DNA from: Vicinamibacteria bacterium
GTDB lineage: Bacteria > Acidobacteriota > Vicinamibacteria > Marinacidobacterales > Marinacidobacteraceae
Length of the DNA stretch: 64,000 nucleotides
Direction of reading: 5' to 3'
Assembly (NCBI GenBank): GCA_963555995.3
Contig: OY821641.1
Location: forward strand, 1,280,001-1,344,000
Each line of letters starts with the position of its first letter. The first letter of the stretch is position 1. Under the pieces are notes generated by a model. It saw nothing but the letters and a program-made list of their open reading frames with translations. It was not told the DNA's origin and ran no database searches. The translations under genes were made by a program, and so were the position numbers. Shown here piece by piece: positions 19,370-27,581 of the stretch.

Positions 19370-20799
19370 AGCGTCATCGCGAGCCGCACGGGCTCCGGTA
19401 CCGGCTCCGGCCGGGAGAAGAGACCGGCGGCGAGCAGCACGAGAAAGCCCGCCGCCATGGCGAGCAGCGCGGACGGGACCGGAAGCCCCGGCAGCAGGCT
19501 CTCCATCGCGATCAGCGACCCGAGGCCCGCGGCCATGGAGAGGGTCGCGGCCCGCGCGGTGATCCGCTCCCAGCCCAGCCCGAGCAGGAGCGTGGGTGCG
19601 AGCGCCGCCGCGAACGCGCCGAACCCGAGCGTCCCGAGCCGCGCGATGAGGTCCCCTTCCGCGAGGTGCCAGGCGGCGATCCCCAGCGCCGCCAGCCCGA
19701 CGGCCAGGGCCGCGAGCCGGGCGGCGGCCAGGCTCGGGAACGCCTTCCGGTCGAGCGCCCGCGGCAGGTCCCGGCAGAGGGCGGCCGCCCCCAGGTTCAG
19801 GAAGGCGTCGCTCGTGGACATGATGGCGGCGAGCACGGCGGCGGCGACGAGCCCGGCCAGGAGTTCGGGAGTTCCGGGCAGGCCGAGGACCGCGAGCGCC
19901 GCTTCGTCGGGGTGTGTCGAAGCGCTGTCGAGCAGCAGCAGGGCGCCGGTCCCGAGGCCGATCCAGACCAGGATGCTGAGCCCCTGGGCGCCGCCGATCA
20001 CCGCCGGCAGATAGCGGAGCGCCTCCGGGCTCTTCAGCATCAGGAACTTGTGGAGCATATGGGGTTGCCCGAGGGTGCCGATCGAGAAGAGCAGCAGGAA
20101 ACCGAGCCCGGTCGCAGGGTCCAGCACCCCCAGCGGTTCGAGGAATCCGGGGGCGCCGAGTCCCCCGGCGGCGGCGCTCCCGGCGATGCCGACCGGCCCC
20201 CCGACCTGGGTCATGACCCAGACGAAGGCCGCCACCGCGGCGGCCACCATCACGATCCCCTGGAGCACGTCGGTGTTCACCGAGGCCACCATCCCGCCGG
20301 CGAGCGAATAGGCGAGCACCACCGCCAGCCCGAGTGCGAGACAGGTCATCAGGCTCACGTCGGGGAAGGCGAAGCGGGCGGCCCGGGCGAGCGCCGCGAG
20401 CTGGACGCCCAGATAGATGACGCTCCCGGCCAGGATGGCGACCGCCGCCAGAGCGGCCGGCGCCCGGCCGCCGAAGCGGAAGGCGATGGATTCCGGCAGG
20501 GTCTGGGCGCCGCTCGCCTCGGCGATCAGCACCAGCCGCCGGCCCACGGTGCGGCAGAGGAGCGCCGCGGTGAAACCGGCGGGGACCACGATGAACAGCG
20601 AACCGAAGCCGACCTCGGCGGTCAGCCCCGGCCCGCCGAGGAACACGAAACCGCTGAAGGCGGAGGCGGCGACCGCGAGCCCGGCGCGGAAAGCGCCGAG
20701 TCGGCGCCCCGCGACGAAGAAGTCCGACGAATCCCGGGTCTTCCGGACCGCGGCGATCCCGATCGCCAGGGTCAGGAGGAGCAGGAGCCCTGGGATCAA
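19366..20799 (-). CDS. Sodium:solute symporter (PutP-like)
   Basis: DFFVAGRRLG, FSGFVFLGGPG, TDVLQG, GQPH, AAIMSTSD; TTG start overlapping the upstream stop. Confidence 0.88.
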   Translation of the reverse strand: MIPGLLLLLTLAIGIAAVRKTRDSSDFFVAGRRLGAFRAGLAVAASAFSGFVFLGGPGLTAEVGFGSLFIVVPAGFTAALLCRTVGRRLVLIAEASGAQTLPESIAFRFGGRAPAALAAVAILAGSVIYLGVQLAALARAARFAFPDVSLMTCLALGLAVVLAYSLAGGMVASVNTDVLQGIVMVAAAVAAFVWVMTQVGGPVGIAGSAAAGGLGAPGFLEPLGVLDPATGLGFLLLFSIGTLGQPHMLHKFLMLKSPEALRYLPAVIGGAQGLSILVWIGLGTGALLLLDSASTHPDEAALAVLGLPGTPELLAGLVAAAVLAAIMSTSDAFLNLGAAALCRDLPRALDRKAFPSLAAARLAALAVGLAALGIAAWHLAEGDLIARLGTLGFGAFAAALAPTLLLGLGWERITARAATLSMAAGLGSLIAMESLLPGLPVPSALLAMAAGFLVLLAAGLFSRPEPVPEPVRLAMTL

Positions 20800-21224
20800 G
20801 GGCCTTCCTGCGACTGGGCGCGGAGCCGTTCCAGCTCCGCCGCGGTCGGCGGGGTGAACGAGACCGCGAAGCCGAGGCTCGTTATCACCAGGGGAATCAG
20901 CCAGACCCCGAGCAGAAGTCCCCACAGCGACCGGGGCAGGCCGAAAATGCCCGGGCCGTCCGCGAGGCCCGCGGCCAGCAGCGTCCCGGCGGTGAGCGAC
21001 AGCCCGAATCCGACCGTGAGCGCCCGATGGAGAAGGTGTCGCCGCTTCGCCGTACCGGGTTTCGGGCGGCCGGCGGCGCCGACGCTCCATGCCGCCACGA
21101 CCGCGGCGCTCACTGCGGCGGCAGCAAGGGCGCCGGAGGGTTCGCCGGGGACAAGGAGCGCCACCGCGGCGACGACCATGAGGAAGGCCGCGAGAACTCG
21201 GGAGATCCGGTTCACCGTTAGCAT
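20796..21224 (-). CDS. Small membrane protein coupled to the SSS transporter
   Basis: About four hydrophobic segments; TTGA overlap with the symporter start. Confidence 0.65.
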   Translation of the reverse strand: MLTVNRISRVLAAFLMVVAAVALLVPGEPSGALAAAAVSAAVVAAWSVGAAGRPKPGTAKRRHLLHRALTVGFGLSLTAGTLLAAGLADGPGIFGLPRSLWGLLLGVWLIPLVITSLGFAVSFTPPTAAELERLRAQSQEGP

Positions 21225-21242
21225 TGCCCGCGCAGGCAGGTC

Positions 21243-22070
21243 TTGTTGATGGTAGCCCGATTCCTCTTTGTTGCCGTTGTGGTGGCGGCCTCGGTCGCCG
21301 TGTCGTGCGAGGCTCCCTCCGACCCGCCGTCCCCGCCCGGTCCCGAGGCCGTCGCCGGCTGGACGATGGTGGACCTGAGTCACGAATACGGCGAGAACAC
21401 GCTCTACTGGCCCACCGACCAGAAGGGGTTTCAACTCGACACGCTGGCGGAGGGAATGACCCCGGCGGGGTTCTTCTACGCCATGAAGGAGTTCGCCACC
21501 GCCGAGCACGGCGGAACGCATCTCGACGCGCCGTACCACTTCTACGAGGGGGCCGCTCTCGTCGGCGAGATTCCGCTCCGCCGGCTGATCGCTCCCGGCG
21601 TGGTGGTGGACGTGAGCGCGCAGGCGGAGGCGGACGCGGACTACCGGGCGAGTGCGGCAGACGTCCGGAACTGGGAGGCGGAACACGGGGTCATCCCGCC
21701 GGGCGCGGCCGTCCTCTTCCGGACCGGTTGGGCTGCGCGTTGGCCGGATGCGCTGTCCTATCTCGGTGACGACGAGCCGGGGAGCGCCGACAACCTGCAC
21801 TTCCCGGGACTGGCGGAGGATGCGATGCGGCTCCTGGTCGAGCGGGACGTGGGGCTTGTGGGCATTGACACTGCGAGCGTGGACTACGGCCCTTCCACCG
21901 ACTTCATCGTGCACCAGGTCGGAGGCGAGGCCGGGATTCCCAACCTGGAGAACGTCGGGGACCTCTCCGACGTGCCGGCGACCGGGTTCCTGCTGATCGC
22001 GCTGCCCATGAAGATCGAGGCCGGCACCGGAGCCCCGGTACGGATCGTCGCGCTCATTCCGCCCGGCTGA
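21243..22070 (+). CDS. Cyclase-family (kynurenine formamidase-like) metal hydrolase, lipoprotein
   Basis: VDLSH, EHGGTHLDAP, GIDTASVD, ENV, PMKIEAGTGAPVR. Confidence 0.92.
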   Translation: MLMVARFLFVAVVVAASVAVSCEAPSDPPSPPGPEAVAGWTMVDLSHEYGENTLYWPTDQKGFQLDTLAEGMTPAGFFYAMKEFATAEHGGTHLDAPYHFYEGAALVGEIPLRRLIAPGVVVDVSAQAEADADYRASAADVRNWEAEHGVIPPGAAVLFRTGWAARWPDALSYLGDDEPGSADNLHFPGLAEDAMRLLVERDVGLVGIDTASVDYGPSTDFIVHQVGGEAGIPNLENVGDLSDVPATGFLLIALPMKIEAGTGAPVRIVALIPPG

Positions 22071-22155
22071 TCCGCGAAATCCCCATGCGCCCCTCCCGCG
22101 GTCCGACCGGCTGTACGGACGGCGGTAGCTGACCACCCCGCCTCCGGACGTCTCC

Positions 22156-23553
22156 ATGCCCCTGGGATCGAGGACGCGGCGCGTGCTCGCGCTCGTCGTG
22201 GAATCGCTGCGGGGTTCGGACCGCGACCTGACCTCGGGACCACTCACCCCGGCGGTGTTCGTGCTGGCGGTGCCGATGGCGCTGGAGATGGTCGGCGAGT
22301 CCATCTTCGCGGTGGTGGACGCCTTCTTCATCGCCCGGCTCGGGCCGTCGGCGCTCGCCTCCGCGGGGATCACGGAGACCGCGCTCGACCTGGTGTACGC
22401 CATCGCCATCGGCTTCTCGTTCGCGGTGACCGCGGTGGTGTCGCGCCGCGTCGGGGAGGGCGACCGCCGCGCGGCGGCGCGGACCGGCGTGCAGGCGATC
22501 GGACTCGGGCTCGTGGTGTCGGTCGCGCTCGGAGTGCTCGGGGTGATCTTCGCGCCCCGGGTGCTGGGCCTCATGGGGGCCGACGCCGAGACGGTGGCGG
22601 TCGGCACCACCCACGCCCGGATCATGTACGCCGGGATGGCCACGATCATCCTGCTGTTCCTGAACAACGCGATCCTGCGCGGCGCGGGCGACGCCCAGGC
22701 GGCGATGCGGGTGCTGTGGCTCTCGAACGGGATCAACATCGTGCTGGACCCCTGCCTGATCTTCGGGCTGGGGCCGTTCCCCGAGTTGGGCCTGCCGGGC
22801 GCGGCGGTCGCCACCACCATCGGCCGGGGGACCGGCGTCCTCTACCAGTTCTGGATCCTCACCCACGGGGCGCGGCTCCGCATCCGGCGCGCGGACATCC
22901 GGACCCAGTGGGGGGTGCTGAAGAACCTCTGCCGGGTGTCGGTGGGCGGGATCGCGCAGATGCTCGCCGACATGCTGCCCTGGATCCTGCTGATCCGCAT
23001 CATCGCGAGCTTCGGCACCCTCGCGGTCGCCGGCTGGGTGATCGCCATCCGGGTGGCGCTCTTCGTCATCCTCCCGTGCTGGGGGCTCTCGAACGCCGCC
23101 TCGACGCTCGTGGGCCAGAACCTCGGGGCCGGAAAGCCCGAGCGGGCCGAGCGGGCGGTGTGGATCACCAGCGTCTGGAACATGGGCTTCATGGGCCTCG
23201 TCACCGGCGCGTTCGTGTTCTTCGCCCCGGAGATCGCCGGAATCTTCACCGACGATGCGGAGGTGCTCGGGATCGCCGCCACCGCCCTCCGGGTGGTCAG
23301 CTACGGCTACGTCTTCTACGCCCTGGGGATGGTCACCCGGCAGGCGTTCAACGGGGCGGGGGACACCCGCACCCCCACCTGGATTGACCTCGTCTGCTTC
23401 TGGCTCTTCGAGATCCCGCTCGCCTGGATGCTCTCCCGCACCGCCCTCGGCGTGGACGGGGTGTTCTGGGCGGTGGCCGTCGCCTACTCGCTGTCGGCGG
23501 TGGTCAGCACGCTCGTCTTCCGCCGGGGCGGCTGGAAGAAGATGAGGGTCTGA
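22156..23553 (+). CDS. MATE-family efflux transporter
   Basis: About 12 TM; LRGAGDA, NIVLDPCLIFG, GAAVAT, VGQNLGAG, FNGAGDT. Confidence 0.93.
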   Translation: MPLGSRTRRVLALVVESLRGSDRDLTSGPLTPAVFVLAVPMALEMVGESIFAVVDAFFIARLGPSALASAGITETALDLVYAIAIGFSFAVTAVVSRRVGEGDRRAAARTGVQAIGLGLVVSVALGVLGVIFAPRVLGLMGADAETVAVGTTHARIMYAGMATIILLFLNNAILRGAGDAQAAMRVLWLSNGINIVLDPCLIFGLGPFPELGLPGAAVATTIGRGTGVLYQFWILTHGARLRIRRADIRTQWGVLKNLCRVSVGGIAQMLADMLPWILLIRIIASFGTLAVAGWVIAIRVALFVILPCWGLSNAASTLVGQNLGAGKPERAERAVWITSVWNMGFMGLVTGAFVFFAPEIAGIFTDDAEVLGIAATALRVVSYGYVFYALGMVTRQAFNGAGDTRTPTWIDLVCFWLFEIPLAWMLSRTALGVDGVFWAVAVAYSLSAVVSTLVFRRGGWKKMRV

Positions 23554-23670
23554 GGCGGCTGCCGGGCGGGAATCCCGCCCCGGAAGCCGGTTCCGAAGTT
23601 CCCTTTGCTGGAGAGAACTGCCGCCGTCTGGGCAAGGGCGACGGAGTCGGAAACAGGTTCTTGCAGCGGA

Positions 23671-23836
23671 AACGAATTGCTATTGGATGACGAGAGGCAA
23701 ATGGAATCGAAATTCCATTCAAGAAATCGTTTTTGGATGAAACCGGGTTTTTTCGTCAAGAACTAATTGCTATTGGACAAAAAGAGGCTAATCTAATCGG
23801 GATTTCATCCGGGAAATCGTTTTTCCACGAAACCGG
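23671..23836. repeat. AT-rich 90-bp-period tandem duplication
   Basis: 23671-23746 aligns ungapped with 23761-23836 (59/76 identical by manual count). Confidence 0.85.
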
Positions 23837-23846
23837 AGATCCTCCG

Positions 23847-25466
23847 GTGAATGCAACCGACTCGGTTACTCCCCGGATCGAGCCTTCCATGCCCCGCTCC
23901 GCGACATCTGGCGAACATCTCCTCGGCCACGCCTGGCTACACGTGGAGCTTGGCCTCCGCGTGCCGCCAGCGGCCACGGAAAGCTTCCTCGTCGCGGGCG
24001 CTCGCCGCACCGAGACCGACGGCGGGAGGACGTTCGAGTCCTATCCCCGGCCCTACGCCACCGACGGATCGGTTGTTTCGCACCTCCGCTTCGCGCTCCG
24101 TCACGAGCCTCTCGACCTCGGGGTCCTGACGGCCGCATTTCGCGAGATCGGGCCGGAAACCCTCGAGGATTGGGTGCGGGCGGAACCGTCAGGCGCCTTC
24201 AGTCGCCGCGCCTGGTTCCTCTATGAAACCCTGCTGGGACGGACGCTCGACGTTGAGAACGCACGGCTCGGCAACTATGTGGACGCTCTCGATCCCGGGA
24301 AGCACTTCGTAGCCGCGTCGCGCCGGTCGCGCCGGCACCGAGTCCACGACAATCTCCTCGGAGGCCCCGGTCTCTGTCCGACCGTCCGGCGGACCCGTCG
24401 ACTGGTCGAAGCGATGGAACAGGGGTTGGACGAAGAGGCCCGAACGCTCGTCGGGCGCTACGACCCGTCGGTCCTCGTCCGCGCCGTCAACTATCTCTAC
24501 ACGAAGGAAACGCGCTCGTCCTTCGCCATCGAGGGGGAGACGCCGAACGCGACCCGCACCGAGCGATTCGTCGCCGCCCTGCGGACGGCGCGCGACCGCG
24601 ACCCGACCGACAAGACGGCGCTCCTCGATCTGCAGGCGGGCATCGTGGACCCTCGCTACGCTGCGGCCGACTGGCGCGGCGTGCAGATCTTCGTCGGCTC
24701 GACCGTGAGCGGCTATCGCGATGAGGTGCACTTCATCGGCCCGCGTCCCGAGGACGTGCCGGACCTCATGGACGGATGGACGGAGCTCGCCGGTCGGCTG
24801 ACCGACGGCGAAGTGGACCCGGTGGTGGCGGCGGCCGCCTCGGCGTTCTCGTTCGTCTTCGTCCACCCGTTCGAGGACGGAAACGGCCGCATCCACCGCT
24901 GGCTTCTCCACCACACGCTGGCGAGCCGGGGTTACAGCCCGGACGGCGCCATCTTCCCGGTTTCCGCCGCGATCCTGCGCGACCGACGGGGTTACGACGC
25001 GGTGTTTGAGGGCTTCTCCCGGCCCCGTCTAGCACGCATCCAGTGGAGCTGGACGCCGGATCGGGAAATCCGGGTGGAGAGCGACACCGCCGACCTCTAC
25101 CGCTTCTTCGACGCGACTCCTTTCGCGGAATACCTGTACGACCGCATCGCCGACACGATCCGCCAGGATCTGCGCGATGAACTTGGCTTCGTGGCGGTAT
25201 TCACTCGCGCCACCGAGGCGGTGCGCGAGATCGTGGACATGCCGGATCAGCGTCTCTCACTGTTCGTCCGCCTGGTGATGCAGAACCAGGGGCGACTGGC
25301 GGCAGGGAAGCGCCGCCTCTTCGACGAACTCACCGACGCGGAGGTCGCGGCGATGGAGCGCGCCGTCGCCGCCGCGCGGGACAAGGAGGCCGGGGTGGAC
25401 GCGCCCTTCCCGTCGGTGGAGGGGCGCTGGCTCAACGGGAGCCCCCCGCCCCGCTCAGCCCGATGA
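23847..25466 (+). CDS. Fic-domain protein (start GTG 23847 or ATG 23889)
   Basis: HPFEDGNGRIHR Fic motif; YLYTKETRSSFAIEGE. Confidence 0.92.
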   Translation: MNATDSVTPRIEPSMPRSATSGEHLLGHAWLHVELGLRVPPAATESFLVAGARRTETDGGRTFESYPRPYATDGSVVSHLRFALRHEPLDLGVLTAAFREIGPETLEDWVRAEPSGAFSRRAWFLYETLLGRTLDVENARLGNYVDALDPGKHFVAASRRSRRHRVHDNLLGGPGLCPTVRRTRRLVEAMEQGLDEEARTLVGRYDPSVLVRAVNYLYTKETRSSFAIEGETPNATRTERFVAALRTARDRDPTDKTALLDLQAGIVDPRYAAADWRGVQIFVGSTVSGYRDEVHFIGPRPEDVPDLMDGWTELAGRLTDGEVDPVVAAAASAFSFVFVHPFEDGNGRIHRWLLHHTLASRGYSPDGAIFPVSAAILRDRRGYDAVFEGFSRPRLARIQWSWTPDREIRVESDTADLYRFFDATPFAEYLYDRIADTIRQDLRDELGFVAVFTRATEAVREIVDMPDQRLSLFVRLVMQNQGRLAAGKRRLFDELTDAEVAAMERAVAAARDKEAGVDAPFPSVEGRWLNGSPPPRSAR

Positions 25467-27537
25467 GGAAGGCGTAGATCTCGGCGGTCTCCTCGAGGCC
25501 CCGGTAGCGCCCCGAGCGGCCGCCGTGGCCGGCGTCGAGGTTGGTGCGCAGCAGGATCCGCGCGTCCGGATCGGTGTTCCGTTTGCGGAGGCGCTGGACC
25601 CACTTGGTGGGCTCCCAGAACTGGACCTGCGAGTCGTGGAGTCCGCTGGTGACGAGGACGTTGGGCAGGGGAGCTCTCGGGATGTTCTCGTAAGGGGCGT
25701 AGCCGGCGAGCAGTTCGAAGAACTCCTTCCGGTTGGGGTCGCCCCACTCGTCGTACTCGGCGGTGGTGAGGGGAATGTCCGGGTCGAGCATGGTGTTCAG
25801 CACGTCCACGAAGGGAACGATCGCCACCATGCCGGCGAAGAGTTCCGGCTCCTCGTTGAGGACCGCGCCCATCAGGAGCCCCCCGGCGCTCCCGCCCATG
25901 GCGAACATCCGGTGCGGATCGCACGTCCGGCGGTCTCGAAGATGGCGGGCGCAGGCGATGAAGTCGTGGAAGGTGTTGGTCTTCCGCTCCTGCCGGCCCG
26001 CCTCGTACCAGGCCCGGCCGAGTTCCTGGCCCCCGCGGATGTGGGCGACCGCGAAGCTGAAGCCCCGGTCGAGCAGGCTGGGACGCGCCCGGGAGAACGC
26101 GGGGTCCATCGAGATCCCGTAGGCGCCGTAGCCGTAGAGCAGGAGCGGCGACTCCGGCCCGGGCGGATGGTCGCGGTGGTGCACGAGCGAGATCGGGATC
26201 CGGGTCCCGTCCTCCGCCCGCGCCGCGAGGCGGCGCACCCGGTAGTCCGCCGAACGGAATCCGGGCACCCGCTCCCGCTTCAGCGTGCGGCGGCGACTGG
26301 TCGCGAGCGAGACCGCGAGGGTGGTGGGCGGCGTCTTCGGGGTGCTCACCACCACGCGCACTTCCTCTGCTCCGGGTTCCGGGTTGTCCTCCTCGTCGAG
26401 CGCCCGGATCGGCCCGGGCAGCGGCACGCGCCGGGTCTCGCCGCCGGTCCACTCCATCAGGCAAAGTTCCTGGCGCCCGGCGCGCCGCTCGAAGAGGGCC
26501 AGGTGGGTCTCGAAGAGTTCGAAGCCTTCGAGCTGGACGCCTTCGCGCGCCGGGACGAGATCCTCCCAGGAGGTCTCGTCGGCGGGCTCATCTTCGGGGG
26601 CGGTTACGAGCCGGAAGTCGGGAGCGCCGCGATTCGTGCGGATCAGGAAGCGGCCCCGGAAGTGATCGAGCTCGAACTCGTGGGGACCGCCGCGGGGAAC
26701 GATCCGGCGCGGCCCGGCCGTGGGGTCGTCGCTCGGAATCGCCCACGCCTCGGCGCGGTCCGTCTGCTCGCAGTGGAGCAGCACGAACTCGCGCGAACGG
26801 CTCTCGTGGGCGGCCACCCAGAAGGTCTCGTCGGTCTCCTCGTACACCAGGGCGTCCTGCTCGACGGGTTGTCCCAGGCGGTGCAGCATCACTTTCGACC
26901 AGCGCAGGGTCTCGGGATCGGGGCGGGTATAGAACACCGCGTCCCCGGCGGCGGCCCAGACGATGTTCGGCGCGGCGCCCGGGATCCGGTCCTTCAGGAC
27001 GTTTCCGGAGCGCGTGTCGAGAAAGCGGAGTTCGTAGAGGCGCCGCCCCACCGTGTCGGTCGCGAAGGCGAGGATCTCGTGGGCGGGCGAGATCTCGAGG
27101 GCGCCCATCGAGAAATAACCGTCGGCGGCGTCGCCGTGCGCCTCGCGGGCCAGTTGGTTCCCGTCCAGCAGGATTTCTTCCCGCCCGGCGCGACGGCGGC
27201 CCGTCGCGGCCCGCCGGCGGCAGAACACCGGGTACTCCTCGCCGCGGCGATAGCGCGAAAAATAGAGGAAGGGGCCGTGCCGGACCGGCGGCGAGGCGGT
27301 GTCCGGGACGATGCGGGACTTCATCTCTCCGAGCACCGCATCGCGGATGCCGGACCAGGGGGCGAGAGACCGCTCGGTCCAGGCGTTCTCGGCCTCCAGG
27401 TGGCGGAGCACTTCCGGGTCCTCGCGGTCCCGGATCCAGGCCCAGGGATCGGTCCAGCGCCGCCCGAACTTCTCGTAGGAGGCTGGACGGCGGGGCGCGC
27501 GCGGCGGCCCGGGAAGGGGAGCCCGGCTGGCGGTCAT
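25432..27537 (-). CDS. ptrB: Oligopeptidase B (S9A)
   Basis: LLYGYGAYG, GGSAGG, PFVDVLNTMLD..PLT..EYDEWG, HDSQVQFWEPTKW, AGHGG. Confidence 0.93.
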   Translation of the reverse strand: MTASRAPLPGPPRAPRRPASYEKFGRRWTDPWAWIRDREDPEVLRHLEAENAWTERSLAPWSGIRDAVLGEMKSRIVPDTASPPVRHGPFLYFSRYRRGEEYPVFCRRRAATGRRRAGREEILLDGNQLAREAHGDAADGYFSMGALEISPAHEILAFATDTVGRRLYELRFLDTRSGNVLKDRIPGAAPNIVWAAAGDAVFYTRPDPETLRWSKVMLHRLGQPVEQDALVYEETDETFWVAAHESRSREFVLLHCEQTDRAEAWAIPSDDPTAGPRRIVPRGGPHEFELDHFRGRFLIRTNRGAPDFRLVTAPEDEPADETSWEDLVPAREGVQLEGFELFETHLALFERRAGRQELCLMEWTGGETRRVPLPGPIRALDEEDNPEPGAEEVRVVVSTPKTPPTTLAVSLATSRRRTLKRERVPGFRSADYRVRRLAARAEDGTRIPISLVHHRDHPPGPESPLLLYGYGAYGISMDPAFSRARPSLLDRGFSFAVAHIRGGQELGRAWYEAGRQERKTNTFHDFIACARHLRDRRTCDPHRMFAMGGSAGGLLMGAVLNEEPELFAGMVAIVPFVDVLNTMLDPDIPLTTAEYDEWGDPNRKEFFELLAGYAPYENIPRAPLPNVLVTSGLHDSQVQFWEPTKWVQRLRKRNTDPDARILLRTNLDAGHGGRSGRYRGLEETAEIYAFLIGLSGAGGSR

Positions 27538-27581
27538 GCGGTGCGAAGGCTAGCCGGAACCTCCGCCGCCGCCGTCCCCGA

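Noticed and set aside
23671-23836. CRISPR or iteron array
   Set aside because: Only two diverged 90-bp units with similarity across the whole unit; no repeat-spacer pattern or rep gene
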